Source: a virus | DNA length: 64,000 nucleotides | Strand: one strand, 5' to 3' | Virus record (IMG/VR): IMGVR_UViG_3300037225_001468 | Coordinates: 53,742 to 117,741 of that record | The notes under the pieces: model-generated | What the model was told of the DNA's origin: nothing | Seen by the model: the letters and a program-made list of their open reading frames with translations, nothing else | Databases searched by the model: none | Part shown: one piece after another, positions 1-9,403 of the stretch | Numbering within the stretch: the stretch's first letter is position 1 | Layout of the letters: each line of letters starts with the position of its first letter | Program-made: the position numbers and the translations under genes

Positions 1-1
1 T

Positions 2-280
2 CAAGAAATAGAGGGTCCAGCTTATAGTGAGAGTTTTGCTATTACCAAAGACGATGCCTGGAAGTTGGTATTAGATGTTTTAAGGGGGTTATGTGATATG
101 GGAGAGCCTTTGGCTGAAAAATTTATGAGTGATTATTTCAAAGAAAAACAAGAAGAAAGAAAAAAAAAGACTAACATTAAAAAGAAAAGAAAGAAAAAGA
201 AAGATTTTCCAAAAAACGATCAGGGATATCCAGAGAACAATGAAACTGAAGATGGAGGAGAGGACATAAGAACGGATTAA
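2..280 (+). CDS. hypothetical protein, 5'-partial (frame open from the window edge), Lys-rich/acidic C-terminus
   Basis: Frame of ORF 65..280 stays open back to position 2 (QEIEGPAYSESF...). Confidence 0.6.
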   Translation, partial: QEIEGPAYSESFAITKDDAWKLVLDVLRGLCDMGEPLAEKFMSDYFKEKQEERKKKTNIKKKRKKKKDFPKNDQGYPENNETEDGGEDIRTD

Positions 281-285
281 ATGTT

Positions 286-714
286 ATGAATACGATAGAA
301 TGTCTTCATGTTTGTATTCCTTCTCCTAAAGATTATATAACTATATCTGAAAATAGTAATAGAATAAATATAAATGAGATAGAAAAGATATCTATTGATA
401 TGGGAAGGAGAAATGTTGAACTTGTATTTTGGCTTTCTACAACTGTTGTGATGCTTATTCCGGTTTTTTATAAGGGAGCAATAGAGACAAGTCCAATAGA
501 GTGTAATGTTTCTGGAAAATTCTATAATACAAAAACTAATACAATTATATCTTTTCCTTGCGAAATAATTTTGGTAGCTTATAATTCACAGAGACATGCG
601 TATATGGTAAAATGTAAAATAGATATATCTCCTATCATTAAAGAAGTAAAACTTCAAGATTTTAAAAATCTTAAAAAAGAAGATAGTCAGTTCAAATTTA
701 TCGAGGTTGAATAA
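286..714 (+). CDS. hypothetical protein
   Basis: 142-aa ORF, TAATG-coupled to the next gene. Confidence 0.6.
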   Translation: MNTIECLHVCIPSPKDYITISENSNRININEIEKISIDMGRRNVELVFWLSTTVVMLIPVFYKGAIETSPIECNVSGKFYNTKTNTIISFPCEIILVAYNSQRHAYMVKCKIDISPIIKEVKLQDFKNLKKEDSQFKFIEVE

Positions 715-1463
715 TGAGAATAAAAGACTTACAAGATAAATATAAAGGGAAGATGGGATTTGTTGTAGGTTCTGGTCCATCTTTACACTTTCAGGATGTT
801 TCAAAAATGATGAATTATCCTGTTATTTGTGTAAATTCATCTATATTAAAATTTGCGCAAAAAAATAAAGATTTGTATTTTTTGGCAGATGATTGGTCTG
901 TGAAAACTTGGAGCTACTTTTATGAATTGTCAAACATAAATTGTATAAACTTATTGTATAAAGAAAAATTAGAAAAATATTCAAAACATTTAGATGAAAA
1001 CAAAATTATTTGGTTTAACCATAAAACTTGGTATAATGTAGAAAAGAGAGAATATCCTAAAGATGGGTTATTTCTAACTAAAGATGTTGAACTTCCAATA
1101 ATAGGAGCGAGAACTGCTGTGGGGTCAGCAATTCATTTTGCATATATTATGGGATATGATCCAATTGTTGTGACGGGAATAGACTGTTCGTATCGAGATG
1201 GTAAAAAATATTACTGGCAGTATAATAATGAACCACAAGTTTATTTAATGGAAAATAAAAATAGTAAAATTATTTGTAATAGTATAAATAATCAAGATGT
1301 TCATACTTTAGAGTTTATTAAATATTTTATTCAATTATCAGAACAAACTAAAAAGCAAAATATAAATATTATAGATGTTTCTGGTGGTGTTTTGAAGTGC
1401 TTTAATAAGATGAAATATGATGAAGTTTTTGAAAGATATGGAGAAAAAAATGAAAAGTGTTAA
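714..1463 (+). CDS. DUF115 / Maf-type (MptE-like) putative nonulosonate glycosyltransferase
   Basis: VVGSGPSL, ICVNS, FAYIMGYDPIVVTGIDC motifs typical of DUF115/MAF_flag10; lies next to neuA. Confidence 0.75.
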   Translation: MRIKDLQDKYKGKMGFVVGSGPSLHFQDVSKMMNYPVICVNSSILKFAQKNKDLYFLADDWSVKTWSYFYELSNINCINLLYKEKLEKYSKHLDENKIIWFNHKTWYNVEKREYPKDGLFLTKDVELPIIGARTAVGSAIHFAYIMGYDPIVVTGIDCSYRDGKKYYWQYNNEPQVYLMENKNSKIICNSINNQDVHTLEFIKYFIQLSEQTKKQNINIIDVSGGVLKCFNKMKYDEVFERYGEKNEKC

Positions 1464-1833
1464 ATGTATTATTTGCGAAAAAGAATTAGAAAAAGATGTT
1501 ACTCTTGGTGATGTAAAACCAACAGATATAATTGAACCTATTTATGATGGATTATCTTGTCGTTCTTATGGAAACTATGGAAGTCAAGTTTATGACCCTA
1601 TGGCTGATGGACAATTTTTGTTATTTTATATTTGTGATGATTGTATGGTTAAAAAGGGAGATTTGGTGACATATGTTAGATATATTAAAAAATCTATAAA
1701 TTTAGATGAAAAAACTTTTTCTCAAAAAATAAAAGAAGATCAAGAAAATGAGAAAAAATATAAAAAAAGTGATTTATCAAAAAAATTTGACGATATGAAC
1801 AGGTCTTTAAGAAAAAATATATCAAGGAGATAA
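1450..1833 (+). CDS. hypothetical Zn-finger protein
   Basis: CIIC ... GNYGSQVYD ... ICDDC; start reassigned to ATG 1450 after GGAG. Confidence 0.6.
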   Translation: MKSVKCIICEKELEKDVTLGDVKPTDIIEPIYDGLSCRSYGNYGSQVYDPMADGQFLLFYICDDCMVKKGDLVTYVRYIKKSINLDEKTFSQKIKEDQENEKKYKKSDLSKKFDDMNRSLRKNISRR

Positions 1834-1836
1834 GGG

Positions 1837-2571
1837 ATGCTCGATGGAAAAAAGATACTCGCAATCATTTTGGCTCGAAAAAATAGTGTCGGCCTTCCGG
1901 GTAAAAATTATAGAAAACTATGTGGTAAACCTCTTTTTATATGGTCGGTTATCGCTGCTATAAATAGTAAATATGTAGATGCTGTTGTAGTGTCGAGTTG
2001 TTGCACTGTAGTTAAAAAGGATTTTTTTAATTATGTAAATAATTTGTATGGAAATAATAAAGTAATTGAGTTTATAGATAGAGATGAGAAGCTAAATGGT
2101 CCTCAAGTTAAAAATGAACCTGTGATGATAGATGCTTATGATAAAATGGTAAAGATAAATAGTTTTTATGCTGATATTATTGTATCTTTACAGCCAACTT
2201 CTCCAGTTAGAACAAATAATTTAATAGATCAATGTTTGGAAAAATACAAGTTAGATAAAGCTGATAGTTTGGTGACGGTATCTAAAAATTATCCTTTTAT
2301 ATTTCATCAACACGATGAAAGGGCTACTTGTCCAAATATGTATTTCACAGACAGACCTATGAGACAAGAAATTAGAGATTGGCAATTTGCTCTAATAGAT
2401 AATGGTAATGTTTATATAACAAAGAAAGATATATTATTAAACCATAATAATAGGTTAGGAGGACGCATAACAACTTATGTGACAGATAAATATCAGAGTT
2501 TACAGATAGATGATCTTGAAGATTTTAATCTAATAGAAAAAATGGCTGAGATATATCAAGAAATTATTTAA
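1837..2571 (+). CDS. neuA: CMP-nonulosonate (acylneuraminate) cytidylyltransferase
   Basis: ILARKNSVGLPGKN, LQPTSPVR, NGNVY, QIDDLEDF motifs. Confidence 0.9.
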   Translation: MLDGKKILAIILARKNSVGLPGKNYRKLCGKPLFIWSVIAAINSKYVDAVVVSSCCTVVKKDFFNYVNNLYGNNKVIEFIDRDEKLNGPQVKNEPVMIDAYDKMVKINSFYADIIVSLQPTSPVRTNNLIDQCLEKYKLDKADSLVTVSKNYPFIFHQHDERATCPNMYFTDRPMRQEIRDWQFALIDNGNVYITKKDILLNHNNRLGGRITTYVTDKYQSLQIDDLEDFNLIEKMAEIYQEII

Positions 2572-2579
2572 TTATTTTT

Positions 2580-3068
2580 ATGCGCAATAAATATAAAACA
2601 GAAAGTGAAGAATTGTTTAACTACTTACAAGAAGTTTTGCCGGGGGACTGGAAGGTAATAGAAAATAGTTCTAATAAAATAAGTAGCGTCTTAACTGAAG
2701 CGGGAGTGAATATTCCGCATAGTAAAATGGGAGGTAGTTATGCTATTTATTTTTATGATTTTGCTTATTTTGTTTTAGGGAAATATGATAGATTTCAGGT
2801 TTTTATTGTAAGAGATAAAGAGAGAAGTGAAAACAAATATAAGTATAATCTTTTTATCTTATATTATGACGAATTAGATCCGATTTTTACTCATAAATCA
2901 AAAGACTATAAAGAATGTGTGGATTTTTTATTTGTATTTTCTATTAGGGCAAGAACATTTTTTGGTGAAATACTGAAAAATTCGCATAAAAAGGATATGA
3001 ATGAAATAATAAACTCGCCAAATGAAAAAGCAGAAAGAAACTTTTCGTTTTTAGAGATTAAGGAATAA
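2580..3068 (+). CDS. hypothetical protein
   Basis: 162-aa ORF; its 3' end overlaps neuB convergently. Confidence 0.6.
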   Translation: MRNKYKTESEELFNYLQEVLPGDWKVIENSSNKISSVLTEAGVNIPHSKMGGSYAIYFYDFAYFVLGKYDRFQVFIVRDKERSENKYKYNLFILYYDELDPIFTHKSKDYKECVDFLFVFSIRARTFFGEILKNSHKKDMNEIINSPNEKAERNFSFLEIKE

Positions 3069-3903
3069 CTCTTAGTTTCTTTCTATTTTTTATTTCTCCT
3101 TCAGTTAAATCTATGTTTTTATATTGAAGTGCTTTGTGTGTTGCTTTTAGATCTCTTACAAGTTTATACAAACCATCTCTTTCTAGAGAAGCACTGTGAT
3201 CATTTCCTTTAGCCGTTCGATCTAATGTAAAGTGTCGTTCAAACCAAGAGCAGCCTAAAGTGTAAGCAGCTATATCGACTGCTATACCAAGATTATGTCC
3301 GCTAAAGCCTTTAGTAAAAGAATTAGGTATTTGTGATATTTCTAAAAGAAACAAATCTTCAAATTTAACAGGATAGTCTGATGTTGTCCAATATAAAACT
3401 ATTCTTTTTCTAAAATCATAAAGAAAGCCATAAAGTTTATTTAACTCTTCTTTAGTTGACATTCCTAATGAAATATGTATATCTCCATTATATTTATTTA
3501 ATAGAGTTTTTATTAGATCGTAGTTGTTATTACAGGCAGAAGGAACTTTAATATAATCAGGATTTAATGAAATTATTTCTTCTGCTGAGGGTATATCCCA
3601 AACCGAACAAGAGTATTTTATTCCTATTTCATCACAATATTTTTTTAGTTCTTTATGAGTTTCTATATTAAACTCTAAAAACTTACGATGTTGAAGGTAG
3701 GTTTCGCCAAAAGAGTGCATTGGACAGGAGTGAGGCTGATTTTGAATTTCTTTTGGAACACAAATTTCAGGAACTCTTTTTTGAAACTTTACATAGTCGG
3801 CATTACATAATTTTGCCATTTTAATAAGTTCTTTTGCTGTTTCCGGATTGCCTTGATGATTTGCGCATAGTTCAGCGATGGTTTTTGGACTTTTATATTC
3901 CAT
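3058..3903 (-). CDS. neuB: NeuB-family nonulosonate(-9-phosphate) synthase, without C-terminal SAF domain
   Basis: IAELCANHQG, VKFQKR, KVPS, GFSGH, ERHFTLDR, GNDHSASL; likely start at MEYKSPK (3903). Confidence 0.9.
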   Translation of the reverse strand: MEYKSPKTIAELCANHQGNPETAKELIKMAKLCNADYVKFQKRVPEICVPKEIQNQPHSCPMHSFGETYLQHRKFLEFNIETHKELKKYCDEIGIKYSCSVWDIPSAEEIISLNPDYIKVPSACNNNYDLIKTLLNKYNGDIHISLGMSTKEELNKLYGFLYDFRKRIVLYWTTSDYPVKFEDLFLLEISQIPNSFTKGFSGHNLGIAVDIAAYTLGCSWFERHFTLDRTAKGNDHSASLERDGLYKLVRDLKATHKALQYKNIDLTEGEIKNRKKLRVIP

Positions 3904-4171
3904 TTTTTTGCTTTCTGAAAAATTGAGGATATAATATTTCATCGGCAGAAAAGTGGCGAAAAGGTAAATAGAATATGTGGAGCAGTAAGATTTTGTTCTA
4001 ATGGATTACCATCATTGGTAAAATGTATGTTTGAAAACCTTTTAGACGCACATAGAATGGCAGAAAAAGATTATGAAAAAAATATAAAGGTAGGTAATAT
4101 TAAAGTCGATAAAAACTTTTATAACTCGTTAATAGTAAAAGATAGCATATACATGTGAATAGGAGAAAAAT

Positions 4172-4909
4172 ATGGAAATAATATATGATAATGCTGATGA
4201 TGCTCACTATGTCTACTTTGATAATATATCGGTATATGTGATATATCATCCTAAAATAGATAATAAACAGATTGATAAATGGGTGGTATATAGGGAGCAA
4301 TACGATGCTGGTCATTTAGTCTATAATAAAAATAAACAAGTAAAGTTAATTGTTTCAATGTGGGGCGATGAGTTTTGGGAAACATTACCACTTAATATAC
4401 AATATTTCTTTAATACAATAAAAGAAGCAACAAATATAGCAAGTAGAGATTATTGTGAAAATATAGAAACTGGAATATACAAAAATAAACAAGATTATTA
4501 TGTTCCTTTTGCGCAAAAAATAAAAGATGAAAAAATTCATAAAATATTAGATATGATGAAGTATTTAGATATGACTAGTGTAGAGATGGGTGCTAAAAAA
4601 GAATGGTTTCCCAGAAATGCGGTAGCAGATGATGCGAACTTGTGTCTTGGTGTGTGTTTCAATACAACATGTCCAAAAAAAATACATTTAACGTGTTATT
4701 ATGTGACATGGGATAAGACGAGTAAATCTTATCATGACAAACTAGAAAGTATATCATTATTTAATATAACAGAAGACATTAAGGATGGCATAATAGATCA
4801 TCTAAAAGAAAAATGTATAAAATTCGCACAAAAGAAAGCATTAGAGAAAATAACGAAAGAAGAACTTAATAACAATAATCTCTCATATTGCCTTAAGGAA
4901 CAAAAATGA
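4172..4909 (+). CDS. hypothetical protein
   Basis: 245-aa ORF with AGGAG RBS. Confidence 0.65.
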   Translation: MEIIYDNADDAHYVYFDNISVYVIYHPKIDNKQIDKWVVYREQYDAGHLVYNKNKQVKLIVSMWGDEFWETLPLNIQYFFNTIKEATNIASRDYCENIETGIYKNKQDYYVPFAQKIKDEKIHKILDMMKYLDMTSVEMGAKKEWFPRNAVADDANLCLGVCFNTTCPKKIHLTCYYVTWDKTSKSYHDKLESISLFNITEDIKDGIIDHLKEKCIKFAQKKALEKITKEELNNNNLSYCLKEQK

Positions 4910-5421
4910 TAAAAGTTTTGATAGTTGATGTAGATGGCGTATTGAGCGATGGAAAGTATTATATCTCATCGTCCGGCGAAGTGATGAAGTCTTTTTACAC
5001 AAGAGATTTTGATGCTTTAAGAAGGATACAAGAACTTGGGGTTATTGTTGTTATTTTAAGCCAAGCTAAAGATGATTGTATGTGGCAAAAGTTTTGGCAA
5101 CTTAATTTAGAGAGTAAAAAGAAAATGTATGTTTTTAGTGAGGTAAAAAATAAATTAGAAAAAGTTGAAAATATTCTTGAAAATTGGGACCTAAAATGGG
5201 AGAATGTTGCGTATGTTGGTGATGCCGAAAACGATTTAGAATGTATGAAAAAAGCATTTTTGTCATTTTGTCCTAATGATGCTATAGAGAAAGTTAAAGA
5301 GGAAGCTAATTTAATATCTAATAAAGATGGTGGGTGTGGTGTAGTGTATGATATATTTTGTAGAACATGCGATGAGAATTATGGTGCCTTTTGTGATTAT
5401 GGAGATATGACAAATGATTAA
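4906..5421 (+). CDS. KdsC-family HAD phosphatase (KDO8P / KDN-9-P phosphatase-like)
   Basis: DVDGVLSDG, conserved K, YVGDAEND, CPNDA, GGCG motifs. Confidence 0.85.
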   Translation: MIKVLIVDVDGVLSDGKYYISSSGEVMKSFYTRDFDALRRIQELGVIVVILSQAKDDCMWQKFWQLNLESKKKMYVFSEVKNKLEKVENILENWDLKWENVAYVGDAENDLECMKKAFLSFCPNDAIEKVKEEANLISNKDGGCGVVYDIFCRTCDENYGAFCDYGDMTND

Positions 5422-5932
5422 ATTGAGAGATTGGCAGAAGGTTGTTCTTGATGAAATAGATAAACATGATGAAATAGTTGATTCTGAACTTTATTCTTCT
5501 ATGTCTGATTTAGAAATAAATAATAGAACAAGTATAAAGGTTAAGTTTCCTAAAGGTGCAGGTCATACTTTTTTAACAGCATATTTAGCAAGTCAAAAAT
5601 ATAATACTTTATTTATTTATTCTGATACAGATCATCTAAAAGAAATTCAACACTATAAAGAAGACATTCGTTCTAGCAGAAGTAAGGAAGAGATGAGTTC
5701 TGCTATTAAAGAGGTTGTAAATGATGGTTTATCTTTGTATGAAATATATTATGCTGTAAATCATGCTAATATGGTTAATCCCACAGAGAAACCAATAGTC
5801 ACATTAGCTTCTGTGAAGGCGAAAATATCAGGAAAAGATATCATTGTAATTGATAAGACTTCTTCGTTGCCTACTATTGTAGAAAGTTTTATTTTCAATG
5901 TAGCAACAGGAACTATTGTTCTTTTAGGTTAA
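5414..5932 (+). CDS. hypothetical protein with degenerate SF2 helicase-like N-terminus
   Basis: LRDWQ (Q-motif-like), PKGAGHT (Walker A-like, K replaced by H), IIVID. Confidence 0.45.
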   Translation: MIKLRDWQKVVLDEIDKHDEIVDSELYSSMSDLEINNRTSIKVKFPKGAGHTFLTAYLASQKYNTLFIYSDTDHLKEIQHYKEDIRSSRSKEEMSSAIKEVVNDGLSLYEIYYAVNHANMVNPTEKPIVTLASVKAKISGKDIIVIDKTSSLPTIVESFIFNVATGTIVLLG

Positions 5933-5946
5933 ATAGAGAAACAAAA

Positions 5947-6195
5947 ATGACTAATGATGAATTTGAAAAAGATTGGAGAAGTTATTCTATTGAATGTGAT
6001 GATGGAGTAATAATTTGTTTGAAGGATAAGATGATGATTTGTTGGGGAACTGTTGAGGACGGATTATTTTTTGATACTGGAGGAGAACAGGGGAGTCCCG
6101 CCTACCTCCTTAAAGTTGAAGGTAATGATCTTTTTCAAAAAGATAATGATGAAAAATGGGAAAAACTTGGCAAACTAGTGAAAACCAGCATATAA
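5947..6195 (+). CDS. hypothetical protein
   Basis: 82-aa ORF. Confidence 0.55.
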   Translation: MTNDEFEKDWRSYSIECDDGVIICLKDKMMICWGTVEDGLFFDTGGEQGSPAYLLKVEGNDLFQKDNDEKWEKLGKLVKTSI

Positions 6196-6196
6196 T
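6167..6196 (+). promoter_or_regulatory. putative sigma70-type promoter
   Basis: TTGGCA-N18-TATAAT upstream of the duplicated DUF1257 start. Confidence 0.4.
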
Positions 6197-6215
6197 ATAC
6201 AAAATGCTATTTAAG

Positions 6216-6250
6216 GAAAGAGAGGTGGCAAATTTCAGAATTCACCGTTG
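6216..6250 (+). repeat. 35-bp direct repeat copy 1 (RBS and first codons of the DUF1257 gene; dead-end copy)
   Basis: gaaagagaggtggCAAattTCAgaattcaccgttg, 30/35 identical to 7142-7176. Confidence 0.9.
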
Positions 6251-6321
6251 GTCGCGCGAAATATTTAATGATTTAGTAAATAAAAGAAGGACTTGTCATG
6301 TAGTTGAAGTATAAGTAGAAT

Positions 6322-7140
6322 ATGAATATGAAAAAGTTTAATAAAAGTAAAAAGTGGCTAGAAAAAGAATATTGTATTAAAAGAAATAAACTTGAGGATA
6401 TCGCTGAAAAAATAGGAGTAGATAGAACAACTATTTTTAATTGGACAAAAACATTTGGTCTTAAAAGACAAAAAATAGTTCCAGAAGTGGCAAATAGTAG
6501 AAAATATTCTGTAAATGAAGAATACTTTAATAAAATAGATACTGAAGAAAAAGCTTATTGGTTAGGATTTATTGCGGCAGATGGATGTGTTCAGTGTAGA
6601 AAAAGTAAAACTCTTCTTTCTGTAGAATTAGCAAAAAAGGATGAAGATCACTTGATAAAACTAAAAAACGCTATAGAATATACCGGTCCTCTTCATCAGA
6701 GAAAGGCAAAAAACGGCAAGGGATCAAGCTGTTGCTTACAGGTATCAAGTATGAAAATGGTTCCTGATTTAATGAGACACGGAATAGTTGAAAGAAAATC
6801 TAAAATCTTACAACCTCCCTTTATGATAAATAAAGAGTTTTATAGACATTGGATTAGGGGATTTTTTGATGGAGATGGGTCCATAAGTTTATGTAAAGAT
6901 GGTAGAATTAAAGGTGAATTCTTTTCAGGGTCAAAAAATATTATTGAGTTTATAGTTAAAGAATTTTTCCCGTTAAATATTTTTTTGACATTAGATATTT
7001 ATACGTCAAAAAATTGTCTTGGATTTCATAAAAGTTTTTCTGGAAAATATAGAATAAATCAACTACATAAGACAATGTATGATAATGCAACTGTTTATTT
7101 AGATAGAAAAAAGAAAATATTTGAACAAAATGTTATTTAA
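6322..7140 (+). CDS. free-standing LAGLIDADG homing endonuclease with N-terminal HTH
   Basis: HTH (LEDIAEKIGVDRTTIFNW), AYWLGFIAADG and WIRGFFDGDG motifs, YLDRK tail. Confidence 0.9.
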   Translation: MNMKKFNKSKKWLEKEYCIKRNKLEDIAEKIGVDRTTIFNWTKTFGLKRQKIVPEVANSRKYSVNEEYFNKIDTEEKAYWLGFIAADGCVQCRKSKTLLSVELAKKDEDHLIKLKNAIEYTGPLHQRKAKNGKGSSCCLQVSSMKMVPDLMRHGIVERKSKILQPPFMINKEFYRHWIRGFFDGDGSISLCKDGRIKGEFFSGSKNIIEFIVKEFFPLNIFLTLDIYTSKNCLGFHKSFSGKYRINQLHKTMYDNATVYLDRKKKIFEQNVI

Positions 7141-7559
7141 TGAAAGAGAGGTGGACAATTAGTGAATTCACCGTTGTAAATATAGAGTTAGACGACCAGG
7201 AGTGTCTTGTAAAATCTCTTGAAGAAATGGGATATAAGCCAGAAATTCATGAAGAGGCAAAAAACCTTTACGGATATCATGGAGATAAAAGAGTGCAAAA
7301 GGCTCATGTTATTGTTCCAAGATCACAAGTAGGTTCAGCCTCTAATGATGTTGGTTTTGAAAAAAATAATAATGGCAAGTTTACTATGCACCTTTCAGAA
7401 TATGATCGTCATGTTTTTAAGACAGATAAATTAAAGCAATTATATGCCAAGCATAGAGTAAATCAGTTTGTGAAAAAAAATGCCGGTAAGTATTCTCATA
7501 AAACTACCAAAGTAGATAAAGATGGAACTATTAGAATTCGTTTAACTAGATTTGGATAA
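7140..7559 (+). CDS. DUF1257 (Ycf35-like) protein
   Basis: SEFTVV..LDDQECLVKSLEEMG, LYGYHGDKR, SNDVGF, LKQLYA pattern. Confidence 0.75.
   Translation: MKERWTISEFTVVNIELDDQECLVKSLEEMGYKPEIHEEAKNLYGYHGDKRVQKAHVIVPRSQVGSASNDVGFEKNNNGKFTMHLSEYDRHVFKTDKLKQLYAKHRVNQFVKKNAGKYSHKTTKVDKDGTIRIRLTRFG
7142..7176 (+). repeat. 35-bp direct repeat copy 2 (functional 5' end of the DUF1257 gene)
   Basis: gaaagagaggtggACAattAGTgaattcaccgttg. Confidence 0.9.
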
Positions 7560-7567
7560 GGATAAAT

Positions 7568-8173
7568 ATGCCAAAAACAAAAGATCAAAAAAGAAATACA
7601 TTAAAAAGGGCAAAAGACTTTCAAAAAAGGCACTATTTTAATGAACTAAAAAATAGTATTTTAACTTTTAATAATCCTATTTTATCTCAGGTGTCACAAG
7701 ATGTGGCAAAAGAAGATAATTTAGATTTTATTGAAAAAATGAAAAAGGTATTATTTGTTAGTGAGAAAGGGGTGGGTTTAGCTGCTCCGCAGATAGGTGT
7801 ATTAAAGAAAGTTATTGTTTTAGACCCGAAAAAAGAAAATAAAATTAAAGTAATGATAAATCCAAGAATAACAGAAATATCTCAAGAGACCAATAATGTT
7901 TCTGAAGGATGTTTATCTTATCCTGATATTTATGTTCCAGTTGATAGAGCGAATAAAATTAAAGTAGAATATTTTACTACTTTATTTGAGAAGAAAGAAG
8001 AAGAGTTTATTGGGTTTGAAGCAAGAATAATTCAGCATGAAGTTGATCACTTGATAGGGGTTTGCTTGGTAGGGGAAGTGTGGAAAGAAAGTAAAGAAAA
8101 AGGTTTGCCAGTAGAAGAAATAATTAGAATAAGAAAAGAAGAAATAGAAAAAGCCGAATTAAGTATGAAATAA
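7568..8173 (+). CDS. def: peptide deformylase
   Basis: GVGLAAPQIG, EGCLS, QHEVDHL motifs. Confidence 0.95.
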   Translation: MPKTKDQKRNTLKRAKDFQKRHYFNELKNSILTFNNPILSQVSQDVAKEDNLDFIEKMKKVLFVSEKGVGLAAPQIGVLKKVIVLDPKKENKIKVMINPRITEISQETNNVSEGCLSYPDIYVPVDRANKIKVEYFTTLFEKKEEEFIGFEARIIQHEVDHLIGVCLVGEVWKESKEKGLPVEEIIRIRKEEIEKAELSMK

Positions 8174-8184
8174 GGAGAAAAAAG

Positions 8185-8376
8185 ATGAAGAAACAAGTGT
8201 TTATTAGTGTTCATGGATTATCTAAAAGCTTTGAGAGAGATGTTGCGTTTGATTTTGTTCGTGGTATTTTAGATTTAGAAGAAAAATATGAAGTATATTT
8301 TAATATAAGTTTTCCAGAGATGTCTAAACAAGAAATTTATGATATGGCAGATGAAATGCCTATTGATATCTATTAG
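8185..8376 (+). CDS. hypothetical protein
   Basis: 63-aa ORF, AAGGAG RBS. Confidence 0.6.
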   Translation: MKKQVFISVHGLSKSFERDVAFDFVRGILDLEEKYEVYFNISFPEMSKQEIYDMADEMPIDIY

Positions 8377-8391
8377 CAAAAGGAGAAGAAA

Positions 8392-8715
8392 ATGAAGAAA
8401 CAAATGTTATTAAAAGGAAATTATATACATCAAGATGAAGATTTTTTAACGCAAACAAATATTGTGACGCAAGTTCAGATAGAAGATGAAGAAGGTATGT
8501 GTTTAGTGAATACTAAAGCAATTGGCGAGATAGGTTTTAGTCCTAATTGGAGCTCTGAGAGTTTGCGCGGATATCATCAAAGTTCTGGTGTTCCAGATGG
8601 AATGACATTATCTATGGATAATGCTAAGAAAATGTGGAGTTGTCGGCTTCCTGAGAATGGAGCAATTTTCTTTTTTGAAACTAAACAAGAAAGAGATGAT
8701 TTTATCGGAGAATAA
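8392..8715 (+). CDS. hypothetical protein
   Basis: 107-aa ORF, AAGGAG RBS. Confidence 0.65.
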   Translation: MKKQMLLKGNYIHQDEDFLTQTNIVTQVQIEDEEGMCLVNTKAIGEIGFSPNWSSESLRGYHQSSGVPDGMTLSMDNAKKMWSCRLPENGAIFFFETKQERDDFIGE

Positions 8716-8720
8716 AAGGT

Positions 8721-9392
8721 ATGGTAGAACTTCCTAAAACACCATTAGATCTATATAATTTATTTCTTGCGCAAAAAAATAAATTATATGATTATTCTTG
8801 GCTCTATGAAACTATCCGGCCACACTGTAAGTTTAAGAAAATACCAGGTCTTCAGCATTGTGGACCAAGAAGAATAATTCAAGTTCCATCTGAATTTACT
8901 AAGTTTTTATTGTGGATGAATGATAAAAAAATAAAGAGTTATTTAGAAATAGGTATATCTACAGGTGGTTCTTTTTTTACGACAGACGCTTATTTAAGAA
9001 ATGTAAATGAAGAATATCAGTATTCTTATGGTCTTGATATAAGAGAAAAATGCGGAGGCTATATTGAATATAATTCAAAGTTTTCTACCTGTCAATTCGT
9101 AAAAGGAACAAGCCAAGAAGTAAAACATATAGATTTCTTTTTTGATTTATGTTTTATTGATGCTAATCATACGGAAAAATGTTCTTTAGAAGATTTTGAT
9201 ATCGTTAAAGAAAGATGTAAATATGTTGCTTTTCATGATATTGTTTTAGATATTGATGAAAAGTATTTTGGTAAAAGAAAAAGTTCGACTGTGTTTAAGA
9301 CTTGGAATAAATTAAAAGAAAAGTATAATTTTGTTGAGTTTATTGATAAAAGTTTGCCAGAAACTTGTGGTATCGGTATAATAGAGATGTGA
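8721..9392 (+). CDS. class I SAM-dependent methyltransferase (Methyltransf_24-like)
   Basis: YLEIGISTGGS, FIDANH, AFHDI. Confidence 0.75.
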   Translation: MVELPKTPLDLYNLFLAQKNKLYDYSWLYETIRPHCKFKKIPGLQHCGPRRIIQVPSEFTKFLLWMNDKKIKSYLEIGISTGGSFFTTDAYLRNVNEEYQYSYGLDIREKCGGYIEYNSKFSTCQFVKGTSQEVKHIDFFFDLCFIDANHTEKCSLEDFDIVKERCKYVAFHDIVLDIDEKYFGKRKSSTVFKTWNKLKEKYNFVEFIDKSLPETCGIGIIEM

Positions 9393-9403
9393 AAGGAATA
9401 AAA

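Noticed and set aside
4027-4158. Possible 43-aa ORF (MFENLLDAH...) between neuB and 4172
   Set aside because: No clear RBS or recognisable motif; cannot be supported
6204-6314. 36-aa ORF MLFKEREVANF... across the upstream repeat
   Set aside because: Different frame from the conserved ISEFTV reading and no RBS; probably incidental
6251-7141. Group I intron housing the LAGLIDADG ORF
   Set aside because: Only about 70 nt of non-coding sequence upstream and none downstream, too little for a ribozyme core
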